Source: a virus. From it: 64,000 nucleotides of DNA. The position numbers and the translations under genes were made by a program. The notes beneath the pieces were generated by a model. It was not told where the DNA came from. It searched no databases and saw nothing but the letters and a program-made list of their open reading frames with translations. Positions 56,101-64,000 of the stretch are shown in pieces. Location of the stretch: the IMG/VR virus record IMGVR_UViG_3300013131_000024, positions 45,858 to 109,857 of that record; one strand, written 5' to 3'. Numbering within the stretch: position 1 is the stretch's first letter; every line of letters starts with the position of its first letter.

Positions 56101-59100
56101 ATGAATTAGTAAATGAAGAATTGACTTTGTATCCGAGCATACAAACCATAGTTAATCTCAGTGAAGCGACTATCAGCGATATCATTGATAGAGGAACAGC
56201 TTCAGCTCCGACTTTAACTTTCACTTTACCCCCAGGAGTTTCTTCTAACGTAACTAATGCATATAATCTGTTGTTGGCAAACAGAAGTTATATCGTGGCA
56301 GAAGTTCAGGGATGGGTAAATGCACAGGTAGCAGGAAATATTGCACCATGGACAACTGTCGACATTTATAATCAAAGTAAATTCCAATCCGACATAAGGT
56401 TCATAGTAGAATCTTTGATCCATGATTTAATTTATGGTGGAAACGCAGCTACTAGACATTGTTCTTTGAAATTTTACAATAATCTAACTGGAGTGGTTCA
56501 ACTAGCTGCTGGATATCCGGCAAGGTACGGCAGTGCTATCGCATATGCAAATTATCTAGCACAACGGGTAATACAAAATTTAGCGCCGGCTGTGTCCTAT
56601 TCGGGATTACCAAGACAGACCGGTTCCGCAGCATCGGGAGCTGAAGTTGCCATAGTAAACACGAGACTAACTGCTGTTCAAAATGCGGTTTCTGCGGGGA
56701 ATTTTGTCACTGCACAAACTTTCGTGGTACTATCAGCGCCAAGCACCAGCGGATACACTGCAAATAACATAACTGCTAGAAATCTTATACAATCGGCAAA
56801 GTCGGACATTCAGCAAGCGGTAGTAGATTATGTTGACGAAAACGGAAACAAATATGAGATTCTGTTTCCAGGTAATCGATCAATGTTGGCCAACGATCAT
56901 ACCCAAATCAACGATATGGGATATGGTGCTATAGCTACGAATGGTGGTTTGATAGAATTAGTATCTGTTTACACTTATTATTGCTACACATCTTATTATT
57001 CTGTAAACGGTGGACAGATTAGATCTATCAGTGGTTCTAGTGCGCACGGAATTTGGGCGTTAGTTGCTGAAGGAGCTGATCCATTAGAAGTTCCTACACC
57101 TACAACTCTATACGAAAATCTTGCACAGGCTTGTACTTGTTATTTTCCTAGTCCCGCATATGCAAATATTGTAGGCGGATTAGCAATTTATGTAACAAAC
57201 TACGAATATGAACCATTAGGAGGTTCCGAATTAGAAATACAACACGGAACAGAAATGTACAGATATCCTGTAACATCTATTTCGACACAGGACTTGCCAG
57301 CAGGTGTAGCTAGATTAAATCTTACATCCGGTGTAGGAGGAGCTGAAGGGTTAGCAGCTATTGTTTCAGATGGCACTAAGATGACTCTAAGGATGCTAAG
57401 TCAAGTATTGTTAACTGGAGGTTTAGAAAACGTAGCGGTAAGACCGTCAACTGGATTGAAACTGCGAGAAACCAATGAGACTGTTTATCGTGTTTTACAG
57501 TTTACTACAGCTGAAGACGAAAATGGTCCTTATGAATTGCTATTCAATACAGCCACTCCTACGATAATACAAGTATTGGCTACGATTACTACTATAGCCA
57601 CAAACGTGTGTACAACCAGTGGAAATCATAAATTAAGGACTGGAGATATTTTTATACCGCAAACAACTTCCAACGGATTAACCGCTGGTACAGTATATTA
57701 TATCACTGATGTACCGGAATATAATCAATTTACATTATCTCTAAGTCCCGGTGGAAGCACCGAAGTATTAGTCAATGGAACTGGTTTATCTATTAAAGGA
57801 GTCAAAACACATAGACTGTTAGAAAATTATACCATACAGTTATCTTCCACAGGCACACTACCTTTACCTTTGATAGCCGGTGATACGTATTATGTCATTG
57901 CAAATGATCTTACAGAAACAGAATTTTCTGTCTCTGCACAAAAACAAGGCAATGCAATTTCAATTACCACTTCAGGTAGTGGTATACAGAGATATAACAT
58001 AGATGGTTTAACTCTCACAGTACTAAGAGAAAACTATAATTATATCGACTTAACAATTAACACTCCCGGTGAATATGTAACTACCGGAACTGTTGTGACA
58101 ATCAGTGTTGCATCTCCGGCAGAAGTAACATGGAACAGTCATGGATTTTCTGGCGGTGAAGTAATAAAATTTACAACTACCGGTACATTGCCTACTGGTT
58201 TATCGACCACAAACAGATATTTTGTTTTAGCAGCTGGTATTACTCTAAACACTTTTAGAGTAAGTTTGGCTCCTTCAGGCACAGCGGTAGACACTACCCT
58301 AGCAGGTAGTGGCACCCACAGTGCAGGATTAGTTACTGGTAGAGTAGGAGATACTACTTTTGCAGTGGTAGCTGTAGGATCTGTAGAAATTCCTAGAGTC
58401 GCTGGATCAAGGATAGTATTCTTAGGTGAAGAATATGTTATCGCCAATTATGCTCCGGAATCAGTCACTAATGAACCTTTTGCTAGAGTGACTTTAGATA
58501 GACCCTTAGTTAATGCTATAAATGCATTTTCTTCTGCCTATACAATAAAATCGGCGGTGCCAATAAGGACAGCAGGATCTCTAGGAACACTGACTATTAG
58601 AATTGCGCTGACTAGATGTACTTCTCATGATTTGCTTGAAATAGGTACAGGCTCGTATGCAGATACAAACTATCCTAAAGAAATTTACGGTCCGTCTGTT
58701 AATCCTATCAATGAGGACGGTGAAGTTGATGAAAGAGATGTAGGTCGAGTATTCTATGTTACTACGGATCAATATGGAAACTTTTCAGTAGGTCCATACT
58801 TTAGAGTTGATCAAGGTACTGGAACTGTTACGTTCAGTGCTTCTATCGCTCTTTCAAATCTAGATGGTCTTGGATTCAAAATCGGTGTTCCGATTAAAGA
58901 ATTTTCAACTGATTCGGGCATGGTTGACAACGCCACTGATACAGTACCTACAGAAAATGCCACAAGAATTTACATTGAACGTCGTCTAGGTATTACTCAC
59001 GACGGTGCGATAGTTCCATCAGGACAATTAATTCCTACAGTTACTGGCGGATATATGTCCCTAGATGGTCAATTAGCTATGAAATCTAATATGAATCTAG

Positions 59101-60524
59101 GTTCATATAGAATTATTAATGTAGCTGATCCAATAAATCCTACAGATGTAGCAAACTTAAGAAGTATTAAAGTAAGTAATTTGCAAGGATTTTCACTGAG
59201 TAATGTCGATGCTGGTGATATTTTAGTATTCACTGGAGACGGCGACGGACTTGTGAATGCATCTGTGACTGGTGATATCAGTTTTAATTTAACCACAGGT
59301 ATAGATTCTGCATTAAATCAAGTTGATGTTCAAATAGTTGCAAACTCTATAGTCAATGCTGATATTAATTCTTCAGCAGCCATAGCTCAAAGTAAATTAG
59401 CTATGAGCGCGGCAACTACTAGAGCGAATGCCTCAGGCATCAGCCAAGCAGACCTAGGACTTGCTAGTTTTAACAATACGGATTTTGACATAACAAGTGG
59501 ATGGGTTAGCCTTAAAGGTAATTCGGTGGTATTAGGTGATCTAGCACAGATAGGCACTAAAAAAGTGTTAGGTAATTCAACTTTAGCTACCGCTAATGTG
59601 GCTGAAGTAGATTTTAGCACAGTGGTCGCCGACGGAGGTGCGATCAAGAAATCACAATACAGCAGTGTAGGATTCTTAAGAAGAACATCTGGCGTAAGTT
59701 TTGTCAGCGATGCTGATTACGCTATGGTTGCAGCATCTGCAGGATCATCAGGCACAGTAGGCGCTTCCGAAATTATAGTCAGAGACGGCAACGGTGATTT
59801 TGGCGGCCGGACAGCCGATCTACAGTCCATAAAAATAGACACTAATCTTGCCATAGATACTGCAACCATTGCGGCAGGCGGATATGTAAGATATTATGGA
59901 TGGGGGTCAGCTGGAGGTATATTGATCCAAGACAGTACCTTAGCTGCAGAAAAACTAACCGGTTATTGGAATGATCTACACCAGTTTAAAACTCAGAACG
60001 GTGTTTCGGACGCTCCTATAACCTGCTCTAGTATTCAAACTCTAACGTTGACTACCGGTGCCAGTACTACTAGCGGAAATATTACCGGTCGTTGGACATT
60101 AACAGGAACTTCTCCTAACGAATCTAGATTGCAGGCTACTTATTCAGCTGACTTGGCTGAAAATTATGAAGGTGATAAAGAGTATGAAGTAGGTACCGTT
60201 TTGGTATTCGGCGGCGAGAAAGAAGTTACAACTTCAAGTGCAAAAGGCGATACCAGAGTAGCAGGAGTGGTATCAAATACAGCAGCATTTACAATGTATG
60301 AAGCCTGTCCTGGATTGAAAAATCTAGTCGCTTTGCAGGGACGTGTACCATGTAAGGTAGTTGGAAAAATTACCAAAGGCGACATATTAATTACATCAGG
60401 AATACCAGGAGTAGCTGTAGCTGCTACAGGAGATGTTAAGGTCGGATCAGTAGTAGGCAAAGCCTTGAAAGATTATGATTCAGATCATATCGGTATGATA
60501 GAAATAGCAGTGGGGAGAACATAA
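53121..60524 (+). CDS. very large virion structural protein (baseplate/tail fibre-like)
   Basis: N-terminal GNDGTGDSIRDSFRKVNDNF (gp9/gp10-like); C-terminal ADLAENY...VALQGRVPCKV chaperone-like domain. Confidence 0.8.
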   Translation: MARKIVDIGSIGNDGTGDSIRDSFRKVNDNFRELYSSLGLGENLTFVGLDDSPDSYVGQNDPATGNTPLLTINNTESGLAFKKLVPGNGISIDFISNPSEITINSDFAEISADETPQLGGDLSMRSGGNQFRIYDAGTTISPLLPIYRHELVNKSYADTKISKAGANAINPETNQQDASFGRMSGPLILARDPEPDDDITYGGLVAATKRYVDNAAFGSSSNLFVALTGEDDRIGVSKALQGRALAYAYRTLEAALKRAEELVNEAPVQIGPYKKVLTYNNGAGICTLDNIDPSPSSGAGFSGTIRMSVDTATLSTIGTNYYPGDVLTIAGGSGAGQCIIEVLSTLTTPGSILTYRIVSTGSYTSLPGAVNVTTTITTSAAPAGVGAIGVNAKFNLTYKVNSVSITNGGSGYSLVSVRIIGGGGTGAFGTAVVTGGVITSITIDDQGSGFTSFPTLDVNLPRFFIKTEGYRTDFTGDVTTNTAEAIRGRDLREGLHLRGETSGALAQILAHSGALDSEGREIFDVDIKFGVFQEGETISYGDISKDIQISILVESGEYYENYPLKVPTNCSIVGDEFRRVIFRPKVGTSSSPWAFQKFRRDTEIDGLTTATQLYGYHYLQDSSQPIYPKINNKGAYKSAAALLDLNRSFLQEEIIAWMDYNILNAVAPFSASFQYNSTLCRRDVGLLVDAFVFDLKYGSYNRTISAGLKYYESQSALIAITSQLSQYLAVLTHLEDLMQDVIDNNEVVDNKQDAFPQIIDLAYTSELGSDSVITALITTLKDVIDGSGSVNYPKENQDMDVFLANDAVRWQAISAIGHGGFMAVLDPEGQILSRSPYFQECASFSRSKDVQVFAGGMLVDGFAGNLEFVIDTVVNPTRLEVSGLDRFPQLPCSFIVADSVYRINYIRDFVYNPNGSIATFVLDETTPWPYPVFVYDPAACFRDVGLILDGLGYDIVFGTNYWTRQNGITYRLAQSAVVIEDQRAITLEAIGYAHELVNEELTLYPSIQTIVNLSEATISDIIDRGTASAPTLTFTLPPGVSSNVTNAYNLLLANRSYIVAEVQGWVNAQVAGNIAPWTTVDIYNQSKFQSDIRFIVESLIHDLIYGGNAATRHCSLKFYNNLTGVVQLAAGYPARYGSAIAYANYLAQRVIQNLAPAVSYSGLPRQTGSAASGAEVAIVNTRLTAVQNAVSAGNFVTAQTFVVLSAPSTSGYTANNITARNLIQSAKSDIQQAVVDYVDENGNKYEILFPGNRSMLANDHTQINDMGYGAIATNGGLIELVSVYTYYCYTSYYSVNGGQIRSISGSSAHGIWALVAEGADPLEVPTPTTLYENLAQACTCYFPSPAYANIVGGLAIYVTNYEYEPLGGSELEIQHGTEMYRYPVTSISTQDLPAGVARLNLTSGVGGAEGLAAIVSDGTKMTLRMLSQVLLTGGLENVAVRPSTGLKLRETNETVYRVLQFTTAEDENGPYELLFNTATPTIIQVLATITTIATNVCTTSGNHKLRTGDIFIPQTTSNGLTAGTVYYITDVPEYNQFTLSLSPGGSTEVLVNGTGLSIKGVKTHRLLENYTIQLSSTGTLPLPLIAGDTYYVIANDLTETEFSVSAQKQGNAISITTSGSGIQRYNIDGLTLTVLRENYNYIDLTINTPGEYVTTGTVVTISVASPAEVTWNSHGFSGGEVIKFTTTGTLPTGLSTTNRYFVLAAGITLNTFRVSLAPSGTAVDTTLAGSGTHSAGLVTGRVGDTTFAVVAVGSVEIPRVAGSRIVFLGEEYVIANYAPESVTNEPFARVTLDRPLVNAINAFSSAYTIKSAVPIRTAGSLGTLTIRIALTRCTSHDLLEIGTGSYADTNYPKEIYGPSVNPINEDGEVDERDVGRVFYVTTDQYGNFSVGPYFRVDQGTGTVTFSASIALSNLDGLGFKIGVPIKEFSTDSGMVDNATDTVPTENATRIYIERRLGITHDGAIVPSGQLIPTVTGGYMSLDGQLAMKSNMNLGSYRIINVADPINPTDVANLRSIKVSNLQGFSLSNVDAGDILVFTGDGDGLVNASVTGDISFNLTTGIDSALNQVDVQIVANSIVNADINSSAAIAQSKLAMSAATTRANASGISQADLGLASFNNTDFDITSGWVSLKGNSVVLGDLAQIGTKKVLGNSTLATANVAEVDFSTVVADGGAIKKSQYSSVGFLRRTSGVSFVSDADYAMVAASAGSSGTVGASEIIVRDGNGDFGGRTADLQSIKIDTNLAIDTATIAAGGYVRYYGWGSAGGILIQDSTLAAEKLTGYWNDLHQFKTQNGVSDAPITCSSIQTLTLTTGASTTSGNITGRWTLTGTSPNESRLQATYSADLAENYEGDKEYEVGTVLVFGGEKEVTTSSAKGDTRVAGVVSNTAAFTMYEACPGLKNLVALQGRVPCKVVGKITKGDILITSGIPGVAVAATGDVKVGSVVGKALKDYDSDHIGMIEIAVGRT

Positions 60525-62219
60525 ATGGGATTCAACAATAATATTACTCCGGGAGCACCTCCATTATTATGGAGTAATATCTACGATGCATTTACACAGA
60601 TAAATGAAAATTTTGATATACTAGTAGCAACAATAGGTGCTGGCTCAGGTCTGACACCATTAAATTTTGAAACACTCGATACTAATGTATCTCCTTCGAC
60701 CGATAATCTTTACAGTCTAGGCACAGGAACATTTAGATGGAAGAACATAAGAACTGCACCCTTTATAGCAGGAGGTACTGATCAAGACAATGGATTATGG
60801 GCAGGATCTGCACAGATAAAAGGCATAGGAACCATAATCGATATCCCAGCGGGATCGACCGTCGACGGTTCTTTGATAATTGATCCTGATAAGACTTTTT
60901 TCAAGACTATAGATGTTGATAATAATTTAAGTCTAGTAGCAACGACTTTTGGTGATACGCTAAATCTATTATCCGGAGCGGGAATAAATTTAAATGTGAA
61001 TTCCGCCAGTGATTCTATCTCTATAGAAAACGATGGAATTATATCTATTACTAATGGCTTAGGCATCACAGTGGCAACAGCCGCAGGAATATCAACTATA
61101 ACTAATGCCGGTGTAAGAAGTATCTTTAATAGCACAGCTTTACCTGCAGGAAGATCATTGGGTGCAGGTATTAACATTAATGCTGGTTCGGGAGACAATC
61201 TAAGAATAACTAATGCTGGCATAATCAGTATTACTAATGGTGTTGGTATTACAGTGTCAACTGATGCTGCTACAGGCGAAGCAACTATTACTAATTCAGC
61301 TCCAGCGGTAAATGCATTTGCACAAATAGAGGTAAACGGTGATTCTTCAAATAGATTGGTTGCTGATGCTGTCAGCGACATACTTAATATTACCAGCGGA
61401 TTAGGTATTACATTATCGAAAACTGTAGGAACAGATACATTAGATATATCAGTGAATCCAATATTTGATTTGAAAGGTTCTGTATTTGGAGATGATTCAA
61501 GTATATTAGTCGATGCAGTCAGTAATATCATCAATGGTAATGTGAGAGCAACTACACTAAGAACTGAAGATGTTAAAATCATTTTAGGACAGGGAGCCAA
61601 CGCTGGAAATTATGGAGTGGGCATTGGTTATGATTCTGGTAAAACTAATCAAGGCGACGGTGCAGTGGCTGTGGGTTTGGAAGCTGGCAACAGCAATCAA
61701 GGAAATTACGCAGTCGCCGTAGGAAGAGATAGCGGTTATCAAAACCAGGCAACACAGGCGGTAGCCATAGGATTTGAAGCAGGTTTGAGCAGTCAGGGTT
61801 CAAATGCCATAGCCATAGGATATCGTGCAGGTTATAGTAATCAAACTAATGGTAGTATTGTGTTAAATGCCAGTGGTGCTGCACAAAATGCTGCTGCCTC
61901 TGGATTCTACGTTAATCCTATCCGTTCAACTACGTCGTCAGCAAGACCGATAGTTTATGATTCAACAACTAAAGAATTATTTTACACATCAACGTTGGAG
62001 TTTATCAACAGCACTATTTCAACTACTGATTCTAGTGGACTTATTATAGATGTGCAGACAACATTCAACACAGATGTCAGCATAGAAAATGATCTAGATG
62101 TTGTACAAAGATTAAGAGTACAAGGTAGTAGGGTCATTAATTTAAATGAACTGAAATCAGTAGTTGCGGAGAGTTCAAGTTTTTCAGACTTCCAAACAAG
62201 AATAGCAGCATTGGTATAA
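60525..62219 (+). CDS. virion fibre-like protein
   Basis: AFTQINENF; AVAVG/AIAIG repeats (YadA-head-like); GSVFGDDSS. Confidence 0.75.
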   Translation: MGFNNNITPGAPPLLWSNIYDAFTQINENFDILVATIGAGSGLTPLNFETLDTNVSPSTDNLYSLGTGTFRWKNIRTAPFIAGGTDQDNGLWAGSAQIKGIGTIIDIPAGSTVDGSLIIDPDKTFFKTIDVDNNLSLVATTFGDTLNLLSGAGINLNVNSASDSISIENDGIISITNGLGITVATAAGISTITNAGVRSIFNSTALPAGRSLGAGININAGSGDNLRITNAGIISITNGVGITVSTDAATGEATITNSAPAVNAFAQIEVNGDSSNRLVADAVSDILNITSGLGITLSKTVGTDTLDISVNPIFDLKGSVFGDDSSILVDAVSNIINGNVRATTLRTEDVKIILGQGANAGNYGVGIGYDSGKTNQGDGAVAVGLEAGNSNQGNYAVAVGRDSGYQNQATQAVAIGFEAGLSSQGSNAIAIGYRAGYSNQTNGSIVLNASGAAQNAAASGFYVNPIRSTTSSARPIVYDSTTKELFYTSTLEFINSTISTTDSSGLIIDVQTTFNTDVSIENDLDVVQRLRVQGSRVINLNELKSVVAESSSFSDFQTRIAALV

Positions 62220-62232
62220 TTGGAGCGACTAA

Positions 62233-64000
62233 ATGACTAAACAGGTAATTAACGTAGGCACAACAGCAAATGATAAAAAAGGCGACAGCCTACGTGCTGC
62301 GTTCCAAAAAGTAAATGCTAACTTTACAGAACTGTACACCGCATTAGGTCTAGACAGTGGTGGATTGAATCTAGGTGCTTTTGAATTTACAGGTAGTATT
62401 ATGAGTACTACTGACAGTACTCCTATCGTTATAGATCAGGCAACAACAATTACTAGTGATTTAACGGTCAGCGGTGATGTCCTCCCTAGTACAGCCAACG
62501 GTGGAGATCTAGGATCTTCGGCTCGACCCTGGCGTAGTCTTTATGTCAGCAACAACACTATTTTTATCGGTGGTAATGCTCTCAGCATAGACAGTAATGG
62601 TGATCTCACATTAAACAACAATCGCATCGTTCAGGAGAACGGTGAATTTCTAGTATTAGACAATCTCACAGATGTCAGTGCTAATTCACCTTCAGTGGGT
62701 GATGTGCTGGCGTGGAACGGTGGCTCTTGGGTCAATGCTGATCAGGCTACTGTGCCAACACTGACTAGTCAACTTACCAACGATTCAGGATTCATCACAG
62801 CAGCAAGTATTCCTACTGATTTCAAAGGATCAGTATTCGCCGACGACAGTACGTTGATGATAGATGCAGTAGATAATAAGATTTATGCCACAGGACTCAC
62901 AGTGGCAGTAGGAAATTTTGTCAATGTCAACAGCAACAATGTGGATGTAGAAAACATAAATGGTCTTGCTTCGCAGATCAATTTTACTGTTGGAGGTTAC
63001 AACAATCTAGTTATTGAAAATAATCTTGTGACAATACAAAATGTATCCTTGTCAGTGGCAGGTGATATAACATTAGGTGGTGCTATCCGTAGCGAAGGTG
63101 CTATCAACATAGACATCAATCTTACAGATTCTACCCTGCGTAGATGGACATTTAGTGAGGATGGTGATCTCACATTACCCAACAATCAAAAAATAGACGC
63201 TACGTCAGCAACTGTGCTGTCAGTGGGGTCTAGCAATGCCAGTGTGTATTTGGATTCAACCAACCGTGTGGCCAAGATCATAGCCAAGAAACATTTCAAC
63301 AGAAGTTTTGGCCAAGATGGAGTCACATTGACTTACACCAGTGCCACTGTGACTGCGGCGTTTGCGACCAATCAAGGTTTGTATTTCAAACAACTGTTGT
63401 CCAGGCTCACAGACTACTTTGTTGGAAACACGGAGTTTGTCTATGACTACAGCAATGTGACTCTCACAATCAACCCCGACGGAGAAAACCTTGCGTCCAC
63501 TGTGACCAATGTGGTTTCTGACGGAAGCGATCCGCCAACATACACCATCACACTGGCCACAGCACACGAAGAACCCATCATAATAAATTACATAGTATTT
63601 GACTACGACTACAACAACACCATAGGTTTGGATGTGGACAATGATTTCTTTGGAATAGCCACAGACAATGACGATTTAGATTTAAGGTCCGGCAGAGACA
63701 TAGATCTTATGGCGGCAGATGACATCCGTGTTCAGGCTGGTAGTTTTATGTCCATAGAACTGGTTAAAAACGATAATCAAGGCAACACCGATGGCATTGA
63801 GATCACAACCACCTCCGCTGCTGGTTATAAAAATTGGAAATTTCAATTTGATGGTGATCTCGCATTCCCAGATGCCACTGTGCAGACCACAGCATTCACT
63901 GGCACTGCCAACATCGCAAGAAACATAGAATCAGAAAATGATGTTAGTATCAAAGTCAATCTCACAGATTCTACACAGCGTATTTGGAGTTTTGGTGAGG
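62233..64000 (+). CDS. virion structural protein, 3'-truncated by window
   Basis: MTKQVINVGTTANDKKGDSLRAAFQKVNANF; frame appears open to window end; NLTDST..W.F.EDG repeats. Confidence 0.8.
   Translation, partial: MTKQVINVGTTANDKKGDSLRAAFQKVNANFTELYTALGLDSGGLNLGAFEFTGSIMSTTDSTPIVIDQATTITSDLTVSGDVLPSTANGGDLGSSARPWRSLYVSNNTIFIGGNALSIDSNGDLTLNNNRIVQENGEFLVLDNLTDVSANSPSVGDVLAWNGGSWVNADQATVPTLTSQLTNDSGFITAASIPTDFKGSVFADDSTLMIDAVDNKIYATGLTVAVGNFVNVNSNNVDVENINGLASQINFTVGGYNNLVIENNLVTIQNVSLSVAGDITLGGAIRSEGAINIDINLTDSTLRRWTFSEDGDLTLPNNQKIDATSATVLSVGSSNASVYLDSTNRVAKIIAKKHFNRSFGQDGVTLTYTSATVTAAFATNQGLYFKQLLSRLTDYFVGNTEFVYDYSNVTLTINPDGENLASTVTNVVSDGSDPPTYTITLATAHEEPIIINYIVFDYDYNNTIGLDVDNDFFGIATDNDDLDLRSGRDIDLMAADDIRVQAGSFMSIELVKNDNQGNTDGIEITTTSAAGYKNWKFQFDGDLAFPDATVQTTAFTGTANIARNIESENDVSIKVNLTDSTQRIWSFGE

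Noticed and set aside
53743-63567. Minus-strand ORFs inside the large structural genes (e.g. 60782-61600)
   Set aside because: Antisense shadows of Gly/Thr/Ala-rich coding sequence
1-64000. Stop-codon reassignment
   Set aside because: Genes are full length in code 11 and end in TAA, TAG and TGA; no CTA/TTA/TCA suppressor anticodon among the tRNAs

Overview
64 kb of a large T4-like (myovirus-type) dsDNA bacteriophage genome, probably infecting a Gram-negative host (inferred from sigma70 consensus promoters, kdsA and iscU/iscA). Layout: (1) 1-2.6 kb, small early-type genes, including a tandem paralog cassette array and ClpP. (2) 2.6-11 kb, a 30-gene tRNA array covering all 20 amino acids, with two homing endonucleases, tRNA remnants and several structured non-coding RNAs. 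It is preceded by tandem promoters, an unannotated 46-codon leader ORF containing all 20 amino acids, and mutually exclusive antiterminator/terminator hairpins, a candidate general 'translation-health' attenuator. (3) 11.5-14.6 kb, phosphatases, a peptidase and a fibre-like virion protein. (4) 14.6-38.9 kb, an AT-rich two-strand island of 28 genes, almost all tailoring enzymes: 10 radical SAM, 8 2OG-Fe(II)-like, 2 QueC-like, 3 SGNH-like, 2 kinase-like, plus a GNAT, a methyltransferase and one hypothetical. (5) 39-53 kb, a tRNA-Leu-like RNA with an extra arm, an Hc1-like protein, thyX, queD with a candidate riboswitch, kdsA, uvsE, SOD, a frameshifted iscU, an endonuclease and iscA. (6) 53-64 kb, large baseplate/tail-fibre-type virion genes. 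All calls are from reading motifs by eye; no database searches were run.
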